A stretch of DNA of 64,000 nt from Calcarisporiella thermophila CBS 279.70 (lineage: Eukaryota > Fungi > Calcarisporiellomycota), in contig NW_027192215.1 of assembly GCF_041956535.1 (NCBI RefSeq), positions 160,789-224,788 on the forward strand. The letters are read 5' to 3'. Made by a program: the position numbers and the translations under genes. Below the pieces are notes generated by a model that saw only the letters and a program-made list of their open reading frames with translations, did not search any database and was not told the origin of the DNA. How positions within the stretch are numbered: position 1 is the first letter of the stretch; each line of letters opens with the position of its first letter. Of the stretch, positions 48,501-59,833 are shown one piece after another.

Positions 48501-51500
48501 CTTAGTTTAGAGTGCTCTGTATGTGATTTGCATTCGGACAATCGATTCCAAGTTGAAGGACCACTTGATGAGTGGGATGCTTTTCTATCCCTTCTCTCTG
48601 TGCGCCAAGAGCCTGAAGTACGAATATTGTGCTTGAAAAGCGTTGGTCGGTTGCTAAGTCACATAGCTCCAGACGATCTTAAGATTGAAGGGGAAGCAGG
48701 ATTCAAATTTGGAACAGGAGCATTAGCGGCTCTTTCGAGTAAGACGCCATCTATTCGATTATCAGCCAGGTAATAAAGTTGTGCTTATGGATTTATTCGT
48801 TTAGCTTACCTTTTTTTTTTACTTTGACTTTAAAATAGTAAATTGCTTGCTCAACTATTCATTGAGCCGAGTCTTTCGAACTCAAGAATTATTCATGAAC
48901 GTCTCCAGGAAATGATTCAATCTGGGAATCCAACTCTCCAATGGACTGCAATACGAGCTATGGGAATTCTTGCCAAGTATTTGACTTTAACAAGCCCTAT
49001 TATGAAATCCTCTCTTATAACTGTCTTATAAACCGTAGGGTAGCAAATGAGAAGTCTCTGATGATAATATTTCGTTCCCTCATCGAAAATCTAAGCCAGA
49101 AAGATTTGTTCATTAAAACACTTTGTTCAAAACAGGTTAATATTTGCTATTTTCATTACCAATTTATTTTTCTTACTAAAGATAGTTCTTATAGATTCAG
49201 AATATTGCTTCACTAAAGAATACTACACCATCAACCCTCCTTTTGCCCTTCTTCCCTTATATCAGTCTCCTATTAGTTGATCGCCTTCTAACCGAAACTA
49301 GCATTGTGCAAGAAGTGGTACGACTAGTCAATATGGATATCGACACCTTCCTTGATTCAACACTTCAATATACCCTCCCACATCTAATTTGCGAACGTAG
49401 AATTGACGTTATTGAACGGATATCACAAATCCTGCATACAGATGTCCCTAACATGTGTGTCAATAAGATGCACGATATCCTCGCTCATTTGTTCATGCAT
49501 GCCGAAGATAAAATCACCCCTGCTACTAAATTTTTTATCTCCATCGCATCTTCAAATTTCAACAATATCACTGTGACAAGATTACTTCGTTCATGCACAT
49601 TATATCTCGTAACGAATCTTGCGGTTGAATTAGGCGACGAAAACGAGGAGACACGTGAAAGAGCTGAAAAGGCTCTGCGATATGTTGATGGAAAATTGAG
49701 TAGCAAAGATGGAGAAGAGGGCAGGGAAAGGGAGAAGGAAGAAGAGCGAACCGAAGGTTCTCTTTCGCAATTTTTGAAGCAATATTTTCTCGGAATATTA
49801 ACAAGTATCAGCGATTACATCAACGATTCGCGGGGGCAATATATGATATCGAAAAAGGTTAAAACAGTAAGAAGTTTAACTGAACTACTGAAGCTCATTG
49901 GGGCGGATATTCACACGGTAACCCCCCAGGTATAAAAACGACACTTGAAATTCATAGTATGCTTATTTATCTCTTACCTATATACCAATAGATTATGGCC
50001 ATGCTGCAAACTGTACTCAATCAACCTCAATTACGTGAAGTAGCACTTCATGCATGGCAAGTGTTTATCAAAACTCTGAAGATTGAACACATCGGCCCCC
50101 TCTTGAATCAAATCATCGCTATTCTCCTCAAGGTGTTTCCCGATTGCACCCCATCACAAAGCCAAGAAATTGTTAACATATTCGAGCATTTGATTATAAA
50201 AAATGGGAGACGTATGAAGAACTTTTTTCCGGATGTTGGGGTGCTACCAGATTATCCAGAGCTGGCCCCATTTCGTACTGTACTTCGTGCTGCACAAGAT
50301 AAATTAGATCAGATGGAGAGGCTTCAACGTCTACTTCGACGTGTTGCTCATGAAAATCCAATCCTATCCCAAAATGCACTGGTGGAGTTAAAGAACCTAC
50401 TTGAGGAACAGCAGGAACACTTGTGTCAGCGTATGCTTGCAGAAACAGTCGACCCTGTAGTGAGCGAGTTAATCCGTGTACTACTTGAAAGCTTCTCGCG
50501 CTATGATGGAAACAATGCTGATATTCAGCGTCTATGCTCCGAATGTCTTGGAATCGTGGGAGCTGTGGATCCTGGTCGCCTGGATATCTCGATCTCGGAA
50601 GAAAAAATTGTTGTTTTAAGCAATTTTACTGACCGTGAAGAGAGCGTGGAGTATGCTTGCAAAGTGATAGAAAAGCAACTTGTTGGTGCATTTCGTTCTG
50701 CTCGGACTACTTCACTTCAAAATCACCTCGCATTTGCAATTCAAGAACTGCTTAAATTCTGTGGATTTACACCCGATCTACTTGTATCTTCACGTACCTC
50801 ATCAAAAATGTCAGAGGCACAAAAGCGTGTAAGAGAGCGATGGAATAGTTTCCCAAAACTTGTGCTTGAAACGGTGTCACCATTGCTGGGAGCCAAATAC
50901 TACGTGCTCCCAGTGCCGATCCGCCCACAAGAATATCCCATATACCCACGAAAACCTGGATTTAAAGAATGGCTTCAGGCATGGACTGTGGATTTAATAG
51001 GGAAAGTTACCGAAGAAAATTCGAAGCAAATATTCGGTACCTGCAAAAACGTGGTAAAGCTTGCAGATGCAGGCATTGCACTCTTCCTATTACCACACTT
51101 GGTTCTCAACGTGCTTATCACCGGGACAGATAAAGATCGCGAAGAGATATTCACAGAATTGCTTGCAGTTTTAAAAGACGGCATATCCATCTCTCAGTCT
51201 GGAGTACTTCACGAGAAGCGCCAGTTAAGTAGCCAGACCATTTTTTCATTGGTTGACCACTTGACACGTTGGCTTCAGATGAAGCGCCAGAGCGAAAATA
51301 GTAAGAAAAGGGCAATTGCGAAGCGTGCTGGTCGATATGTTTCAGTGGACGAAGAGTTGAATCGCGACGACTCTCTCAAACATGTTGAGAATTTGCTTTC
51401 ACGCATTCCTCAAGATATTATGGCCGAATCTTCTTATCATTGCAAAGCTTACGCGCGAGCCTTAATGCATTTCGAGCAGCATATTCGTAACCAACGCAAC

Positions 51501-54500
51501 ACCTCCAAATCCGAGCAAGAAATGCAGCCGCTCTATAAACAACTACAAAGGATCTATGCTCACATTGATGAGCCGGATGGGATGGATGGAATTGCGACTA
51601 TGTTTCTGGACATGGCCCTTGAACAACAGATACTTGAGCACGAATCCGCAGGGCGATGGACAGCAGCCCAAACATGCTATGAGCTGTCACTGCAGCAAAA
51701 CCCTGACAATTTAGAGCACCACCTTGGACTAATGAATTGCTTAAAAAACCTGGGGCATTTGGGTAATTGGCGTTTAGTTTACCATCATCACAATATTAAT
51801 AACAAATATATATCTCATCTAGAAACTATGCTAACGCACGTAAATGGGATCGCTACACGCCACCCAGAGTGGTACAATCAAATCAATGCTTATGGTATAG
51901 AGGCTTCCTGGCGCCTTGCAGATTGGGCATCCCTCGAGGAATTCCTTAGTCGGGCCCACGACATTAGCTTCGAAGTTTTGGTTGGAAAGGTAGTACTGGC
52001 CATGCGGCAACAGGATGCGCTATCCTTTCACACTTGGCTGGGCCATGCTCGCGAAGCATTAATGGCTACGCTTGCTGCAGCGTCACGCGAGTCATATCGG
52101 CGTGCGTATGACGTGATTACAAAACTACATATGCTTTATGAGTTAGAGACAAGTTTATGTCTACGAGATTCAGCTACCAGTAGGCAGTCATTTGAAGAGG
52201 CTGCTTCGAATCTATTTCGACTTTGGGAGGCACGACTTCAAATCACACAGCCGACATTCAAAGTAAGGGAGCCAATATTAAATTTGCGCCGAATTGCGCT
52301 ACAGAATCTAAAATCCTCGGAAGTCGTCCGCCTCAATTCCGTCCCACTTCACCAAGAAATTTCACGTATCTGGCTCCAGAGTGCAAAGACGGCGCGAAAA
52401 GCTGGATATTTCCAGACCGCATATAGCGCTATCCTACATGCTTCTGAGCTCCGGGCGCCATTTATCTATACAGAACGTGCGAAATGGCTATGGGATCAAC
52501 ATGAGAATCGTAAAGCGATGCAAGAACTAAAGAATGCACTTATTGTTCATGGTCCCTCATTGGTGGGGGCTGGAGGTTCAAATATTAGTACGGATAGCAT
52601 TTCTGCAGCGAGAGATGTAAGTCTGGATACGAAATCTGAGGGGTTCGTTAGAGCAAAGGCGTTGCTGCTATTGACCAGGTGGATGGAGAGTATGAGCATG
52701 AGCGATTCAAAAACTCTCCTGAAGGAATACGACGCTGTCACAAATGATCAACCTCAATGGGAGAAGGGCTATTTTTATCTTGGGCGATATTATAATTCAC
52801 TACTTGAAGATTCCCGAAAAACTAATCAGAGCACAGTATACCAAACCGATCTCATCTATCATACTATTAAATGCTACGGCCGAGCCCTATGTTTTGGAAC
52901 ACGCTATATTTATCAAACTATGCCTCGATTATTGACGATCTGGCTCGACTTCGGCGCTACACCTGGATTGATTGAAACAGGAAGGGGAGAGTCAGAGAAA
53001 GCGACACTTCGGCGTGAAAAGATTACTGAACGATTCAACGCTGTCAATTCGTTGGTCAAAAAGTTGAATGAACGCCTTCCAGCTTACCAATTCCTCACCT
53101 GCTTCCCCCAAATCATTTCGCGCATATGTCATCGTAACAAAAATGTTTTTCAGGTGCTCGAAATGATCATTATCAACGTCCTCACTTCATATCCGCAACA
53201 GGCTCTCTGGTCAATGATGTCTGTTTCTCGCTCCACCTACTCTATACGAAAAAGCAGATGCAACAATATTCTCGCGAAGCTAAAATCTGATCAACACTCC
53301 AAAGTTAATGGTGTCAACGTAGAAACATTAATTCAACAAGCAATGAAGCTAACAGATCAGCTACTTAACCTGTGCAATTTCAGTATTGGCCAGCGTGAAA
53401 CGATGTTGAGCATCAATAGGGATTTTCGAACCCTACAGCGGATGACACCTCTCCAAATTATTGTTCCACTGCAATCAACGCTTATCCCATCTCTCCCGGC
53501 TTCGTCGCAAACGCTGAGCTCTCACCTGCCATTTATGAATGATCTGCCTACGATTGCAGGATTTCAAGATGAAGTGGAAATAATGTTATCATTGCAACGC
53601 CCGCGTAAAATTACAATAATCGGGAGCGATGGGAAAAACTATATTTTCCTCTGCAAGCCAAAGGATGATTTGCGAAAAGATGCTCGGCTTATGGAGTTTA
53701 ACTCAATGATCAACAAACTACTGAAAAAAGACCCCGAATCTAGGAAGCGACTACTCCATATTCGAACCTATGCTGTAGTTCCACTAAACGAGGAATGCGG
53801 TCTAATTGAATGGGTTCCTAACACTACAGGCCTGCGGCACGTACTCATGAAGTTGTTTCGCTCAAAAAACATTACTGTTTCGCACCAAGAAATTAAACAG
53901 ATACTTGAGCAAACACAGCCAACACCACAAGATGTATTCCTTAAGAAACTTTTGCCAAAGTATGTTTTTTTTGCGCACTATTTCTTGGTTGTTTTTTTTT
54001 TTTACTTATTTCTATATTACTAGATTTCCGCCCGTACTCCACGAGTGGTTTCTTGAGAATTTCCCTGAGCCTACTTCATGGCTAGCTAGTAGGCTAGCAT
54101 ATGCGACTACACTTGCAGTCATGTCGATGGTCGGGTTTATTCTGGGGTAAATGTTGGGGCCGTCAAATTAATCGTGAAATCCCTCTCATCTCTTTTGAAT
54201 AGACTTGGAGATCGCCACGGAGAAAATATATTATTCGACGAGCTTAGTGGGGATATCATACATGTCGACTTTAATTGTCTGTTTGATAAAGGGCTTGCTT
54301 TTGAGAAACCAGAAAAGGTTCCATTCCGACTTACGCACAATTTAGTTGATGCGCTTGGAATTACTGGATACGAAGGTTAGCATACTTGATAACATGTTTA
54401 TTACATGGGCTATTCAAGGCAATTTTACTAAATCTTCTTTTTTAGGCGTTTTCCGTAAAAGTTGTGAAGTATCACTTCGTGTACTTCGGAATAACAAAGA

Positions 54501-54824
54501 ATCGTTAATGAGCGTTCTTGAAACATTCATGCACGATCCACTTTGTGAGTGGAGTAAGAAAAAGGTTAGTCATGTCACTATTAACTCGTCCCGTTTTCAA
54601 GTTCCAAATATATTAACCTACTTGTAATATAGGCTAATTCCTCGGGGGAAGTGGAAAACGAGCAAGCTAAAAAAACTCTTACGACAATCGAAAGAAAACT
54701 ACTAGGTGAAGCCAAGGAGGGACCGGCGCTTTCGATTGAAGGACAAGTCCAGGAGCTTATTCGACAGGCAACTGATCCACTCAATCTGTATCAAATGTAT
54801 ATTGGATGGGCTGCGTACATGTAG
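45590..54824 (+). CDS. MEC1: Checkpoint PIKK kinase ATR/Mec1/Rad3, multi-exon
   Basis: HEAT/UME region, FAT domain ([22 protein letters not shown]), kinase [51 protein letters not shown], and [16 protein letters not shown]. Confidence 0.96.
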
Positions 54825-55039
54825 GAAAATGGAGGCGGTTGTAGTAATTAATTTTTTTTGCCCCCCATCAATTGTTAATATTCTGTGACTGCTAAATTTT
54901 CAATGTAAAAGAAATCTGTATTTAATTCTCTCTCGAATTCGAAAGCGATTAAAAATTCCAAATTGAACGCGTCGAGACTGAGTCCTTCAAGGACACTCGG
55001 CTATCGTGATAATATATCTAGGGTATAAGGTGCATTAAT

Positions 55040-58000
55040 ATGCAAAGCTGGCCTATCGATCCGCTTCACGAGCTCTGGAATGCCACAGCAGAACAATTGC
55101 AAACTATATTGCGATCAGAGAGCCAGAGCAAAAATATCAAGGCAAGAATAATCTATGATAAGCCTCGATTGAAAACATAAAAATAAGAGTATTGTACATG
55201 GAAACGTAGGTCATTGCACTTGTTCGATTAGAGAAACTTATTCGTGAACCACACATAAATTGTATTGATGTTTTGCCGGATATCCTTGCGCAGGTTTGCT
55301 TTTAAAGTTCATTCTCAAGTGTAATGGATTTATACCGAGTAATTAATGATGAACATCTATGAAACAGGTCGACTCAAAGTCAACAAAGCTTCAATGCCAG
55401 GCATTTAGGATTTTGCTCACTATATTCAGGGCAAGTTATCCCCTTGTATCCATGCGCCTATCATAGCTCCTAGGAATAATTACTCTATCATATACTTCAG
55501 ACGCGTAAAATAGCCCTTGGAGGGAAGCTGCCTGATAATTTATCTCGACTATCTGAACTTTGCTCGATAGTTACTGCCAAACTTTCCAATTCTCACCATC
55601 GAACCCGTTCTCTATGCCTGCAACTCCTAGTAGCAATACCAATGCAACTCCGGACATTAAACCAAGATCAAGAATCTATCTTCGTGACCGATGCAAAACT
55701 GCAGACAATTGTCAGCAAGTATGGTCAGGATTCAGATCCAAGAGTTAGAAAGGTTAGAATTGTTAAATTTTAGTGTTTTTCATATAACACCTCGTTTATC
55801 GTTCCCATGTATGGGTTTCTAAAGGTTGCACTGAATTCTCTTCTTTCACTGCATCTGCGTGGGTGTAACCTTGACTTATCTCTCTATCCGCTTGCTGTTT
55901 CCGCGCTTAAAGATGATTATGAGGATGTGCGGGTATCGGCCCTTGATCTTATCTGGTAAGTTTCTTACCTAGGTTAATAATAGGTCCGCTACTTTAAAAA
56001 ACAAACTTAGGGTTCTAGGAAATCTCTTCCAAGAGCACAAACTTAACGTCGAGCATGGTGGCATGAGCGAGGAGATCCGTATGGTTGACGATGTGTTCGT
56101 GAAAATTTGCGACATGGTCAACGATGGAACTGCCAAAGTACGATCAAAAGCATGCAACCTGTTGGGGACTTTCCGTCAGGTGAACATCAAGTTTCTCTCA
56201 CAGACCTTCAGCAAACAAATCATATCACATTTGCGGAGAAAAGTTCCTATGGGTCGTAGTAAGGGAGTAAGTCTTACACTTAATTTTGTGTGCTTTCTAT
56301 ATCCTAATTCCATCGGTGCTCATATGACAGTCAAAGAAGCTAATTCCAGTGGCCGAAGGAGATTTTGATGTCGAGTCCGATGAGTTTCGTCTCTTGGACT
56401 CTGGCGCTTGCGGTGCATTTGTACATGGGTTAGAAGATGAATATCAGGATGTCAGGCTCGCATCAATAGGTAAGCATCCGTGTGGTTGCATTTAGCATGT
56501 ATACTTATGAGTAAAATTTGTAGATTCAATCTGTGAGCTAAGCATGTATAACAAGGAATTTGCCATCCAATCTGTAGATTTCCTTGTTGGTAAGAAAACT
56601 CATTACTACCCTTGATGCTTCAACTCGATTAACTGGTCGTTTGGCTACAGACATGTTTAATGATGAGATCGACGAAGTTCGCTTAGATTCAATCAATAGT
56701 TTACGCAAAGTCAGCACAAAATCGCCCATCATCCTCGATACTGATCAGTTACAGATAGCGCTTGGAGTACTAGAGGATGCTAGCCGCCGCATCCGTGAGG
56801 GTGCCCACGAAATGTTGAGGTAGACCGCCATAATTCTGTTTATTCGTGTTCATGCTTATTTAAAAGAGAAAACAGAGTTTCGAATTTTGCATCAGCCGAG
56901 TGCATGCCTATTTTTATCGAAGCATTACAAGCAAATCTGGTAAGATATCCAGGCGATCAACTCTCCATTTATCGATGCCTACGTGACATTGGTGCGAGAC
57001 ATAGCGAGTTCGTTGGTAGGCTCTTGAATGCATTCCCAGTTCTACTTGGTGTATTGACATAATAATGCTTATATAATCTCCAACGCAGAACCGCTTGTTG
57101 CCAAATTATTGAAACTCGACCCGATATTTGCTCCACGTGAGCAAAACGTCGAAGACCCTACTTGTAAGTCAATTGGACACATATGTAATATACCACATAT
57201 AATGGACTTAAGCTCTCTCCACATAATCTACGGGGATAGATGTTGGGTATTTGATCTTAATACTTAACGCTGCAGAGGACAACAAGGATATACAGAGCCA
57301 GTTGCCAAAATATGTCCGTCGGCACTACACTTATTTGCGTGATAAGTTTCCCGGATGTTTCCCACCTCAACTTAGAGTAGCTCAAGCCCATCTACTTTTA
57401 TTTTTGCTAAAACATTGGCTAATGTCCCATTTTCCACTTTAAAACAGGCAGAGAGTAAAAGTGGTCTATTAATTGTGGAGGCACGGGAAACCCCAGTTAT
57501 TGAAAGTAAGAGTTACATCTTTTTTCCCGTTTGCATCTTGTAATAATGTTTTGGCTTTGGTTAGATCATGGCGACGTTGAGGATCTCTTAAAACACACGA
57601 TGGCTACAGTTTCCAAAATTGTAAAACTAGTTCAGCAACGAGAATGGAATGTAGCCAGCCGCTTCATCGCCGCTTCTAATGAGTATGTACATATTATTAA
57701 TTCTTCTAATGCTGCTATCCCATTCATAATTGTACCTTCACTAGGAATTTAAAATACATTGGGACACTCAATCCAATTCTGAGCGGAAAGGCAGAATTTG
57801 TAATCTTGTATTTGCAATGCTGCAAAATCTTAATTGAGGTGATTATCGTTTTTGTTGTAGTACGGAAGGATGGTTTATAGATTTTGTTTACGCACCAGGC
57901 AAAATCAAGGAGAGAACAATTTCGGTTTGGACGTAGTTCACTGGAGACGGCATCACAACTTCTGCGCATTTCATACAGCATGGAGCATTCATTTCTAGGA

Positions 58001-59126
58001 TTACCCCGCCAAGCAAGAAGTCTGATTGACCATTTCAAGCTGGTGGCACATATTCTTTGGGTATTCGGCTCGATATTAGAAAACAAAGGGTGAGCGCATA
58101 TTCGGTCGATTAAGCTGCTTTTTAATGGACTCTCATGCCATTCTTTCTCTTCTATGTATCAAAGGCTAACTAATGGCGAAAAAAGTCTTTTGGATTCTCT
58201 TCAGACTCTACAAGACCGAATCAACGATATCAACAAGTAAGGAGTTAATTGACACGACCCCCTACTCCCTCTCCATTCACACCTATCATTTACACGATAT
58301 CTAATAGAAAGTCTCGCGATACCGGCGTGGGTTGTGAGAAAATTACACGTCTAGGAGATCATTTGTCCACATGCATGCAAGTGGAGAACAATGCGATAAA
58401 GCTTGCAAAATCGTCGGAATTGCTCTTTGCTTATGTGCTGGTAATACTAATGCTAGCAGATGGCATTGCATTGAAGATAAACCTGTATTGCTTGACTTAG
58501 GACTATATCCCGGGTGAACTCGATATCGACAACTTGCTCAAGAAGACTCGGGGCACACTCATTAGTCCAAAATCGAATCCAGACAAACCTGTGGAATTTG
58601 TGTCTGCCTTTTCTCTGCGTGCCCAGATTGAGGCCGAGATCCAGCACATTACAAGCATACGATCAATCGCAATCAAGGTAATTCTGAGCTTGCGTTGCTG
58701 CAATGCTATTGCTACCGAATGTGACTGAACGCCTTTTATTCAAAGGCCACTTTCCTTGACCAATCAACCCGCCTCTACTGGCCTCCTGTGTCCCACTTTT
58801 GTCCCACCACACCCTACCATTATACCCTGGAAACCTCGATTGAGATTGAGCAGGCCGCATGGACAGGTGAGCGGCGGATCTATTTTTGTGTGCCGATGGC
58901 CTCTTCGCCCTAGCATTAACTAATGAACAACCTCACGTATATATTAGATAAATGCTATGTTACGCTCGAGCTAGTCTATGTCTTTGAGCCTGAGGAATTG
59001 GACCAAGCCGCCATCGATGATATCCTTGCTTATCCACACAAACCTTCATGCACCTCCCCAACCACAGTACCGATCGGCGATCCCGTACAGTTCTATATAC
59101 TACCGCGGCGCCTCAATCCTGGATAA
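55040..59126 (+). CDS. INTS4: Integrator complex subunit 4 (HEAT-repeat), ~19 exons, two GC-AG introns
   Basis: DSDPRVRK, ALKDDYEDVR..AL.LIW, RMVDDVFVKICDMVNDG..KVRSKAC, LLDSGACGAFVHGLEDEYQDVR, AIQSVDFLVDMFNDEIDEVRL, RHYTYLRDKFP match the INTS4 motif order. Confidence 0.9.
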
Positions 59127-59833
59127 CAGGATAGAAAGTCATATTACTAACACAATAAAAAAAATTAAAATAGTTAAACTGGTGCATTTTGGAAGATAAA
59201 GAATTACATGCCGAATGCACACCTCGAGAAAATACTACATTTAAATTCTCAAGGAAAATGACTTTGGTGAAATTCGACCTTTAGTGTATAGAAAACAAGA
59301 ATTATAAAGGAACACAATGCTCTCCGATACTATTTACATAAATTACCACCATTGAAGAATGACATGGTTCCATATCTACTTTTCCATGCCGGTCTGGAAA
59401 TTTTGGCAATCAAATTGACTACTTTGATTATTTAAGTCTTTCTCTGTATTTTATTTTGGCCTCGAATTTATTTTTTAATATTTTGATTTTATGCAAAGCA
59501 AGATTTAATGGATAGAGTGTTTATTGTATCAACTGGTATTATTTTCCTTTGTTGCTCCAAGGAAATCGTATATTTCGCATAATACTTTATTGGCTCGGTG
59601 ATTCAACGCTATTGACATTTGCTACAAATTTAGAGAGATAAAAACACAAGTTTTAAAAGCAATTCGATATGTTATGTTGCACGATATCAAGCATTAAAAG
59701 ATATGAAAGCTAATTTTCCTGTAAAGAGCATAGAGCAGGATTTAGCAACATTAAAGGTATAGCGATGAGTATGGATTGAGTAAATAATTGAAAATCGAAA
59801 TCAGTTAGAGGAAACATATATAGCATTCGAATG

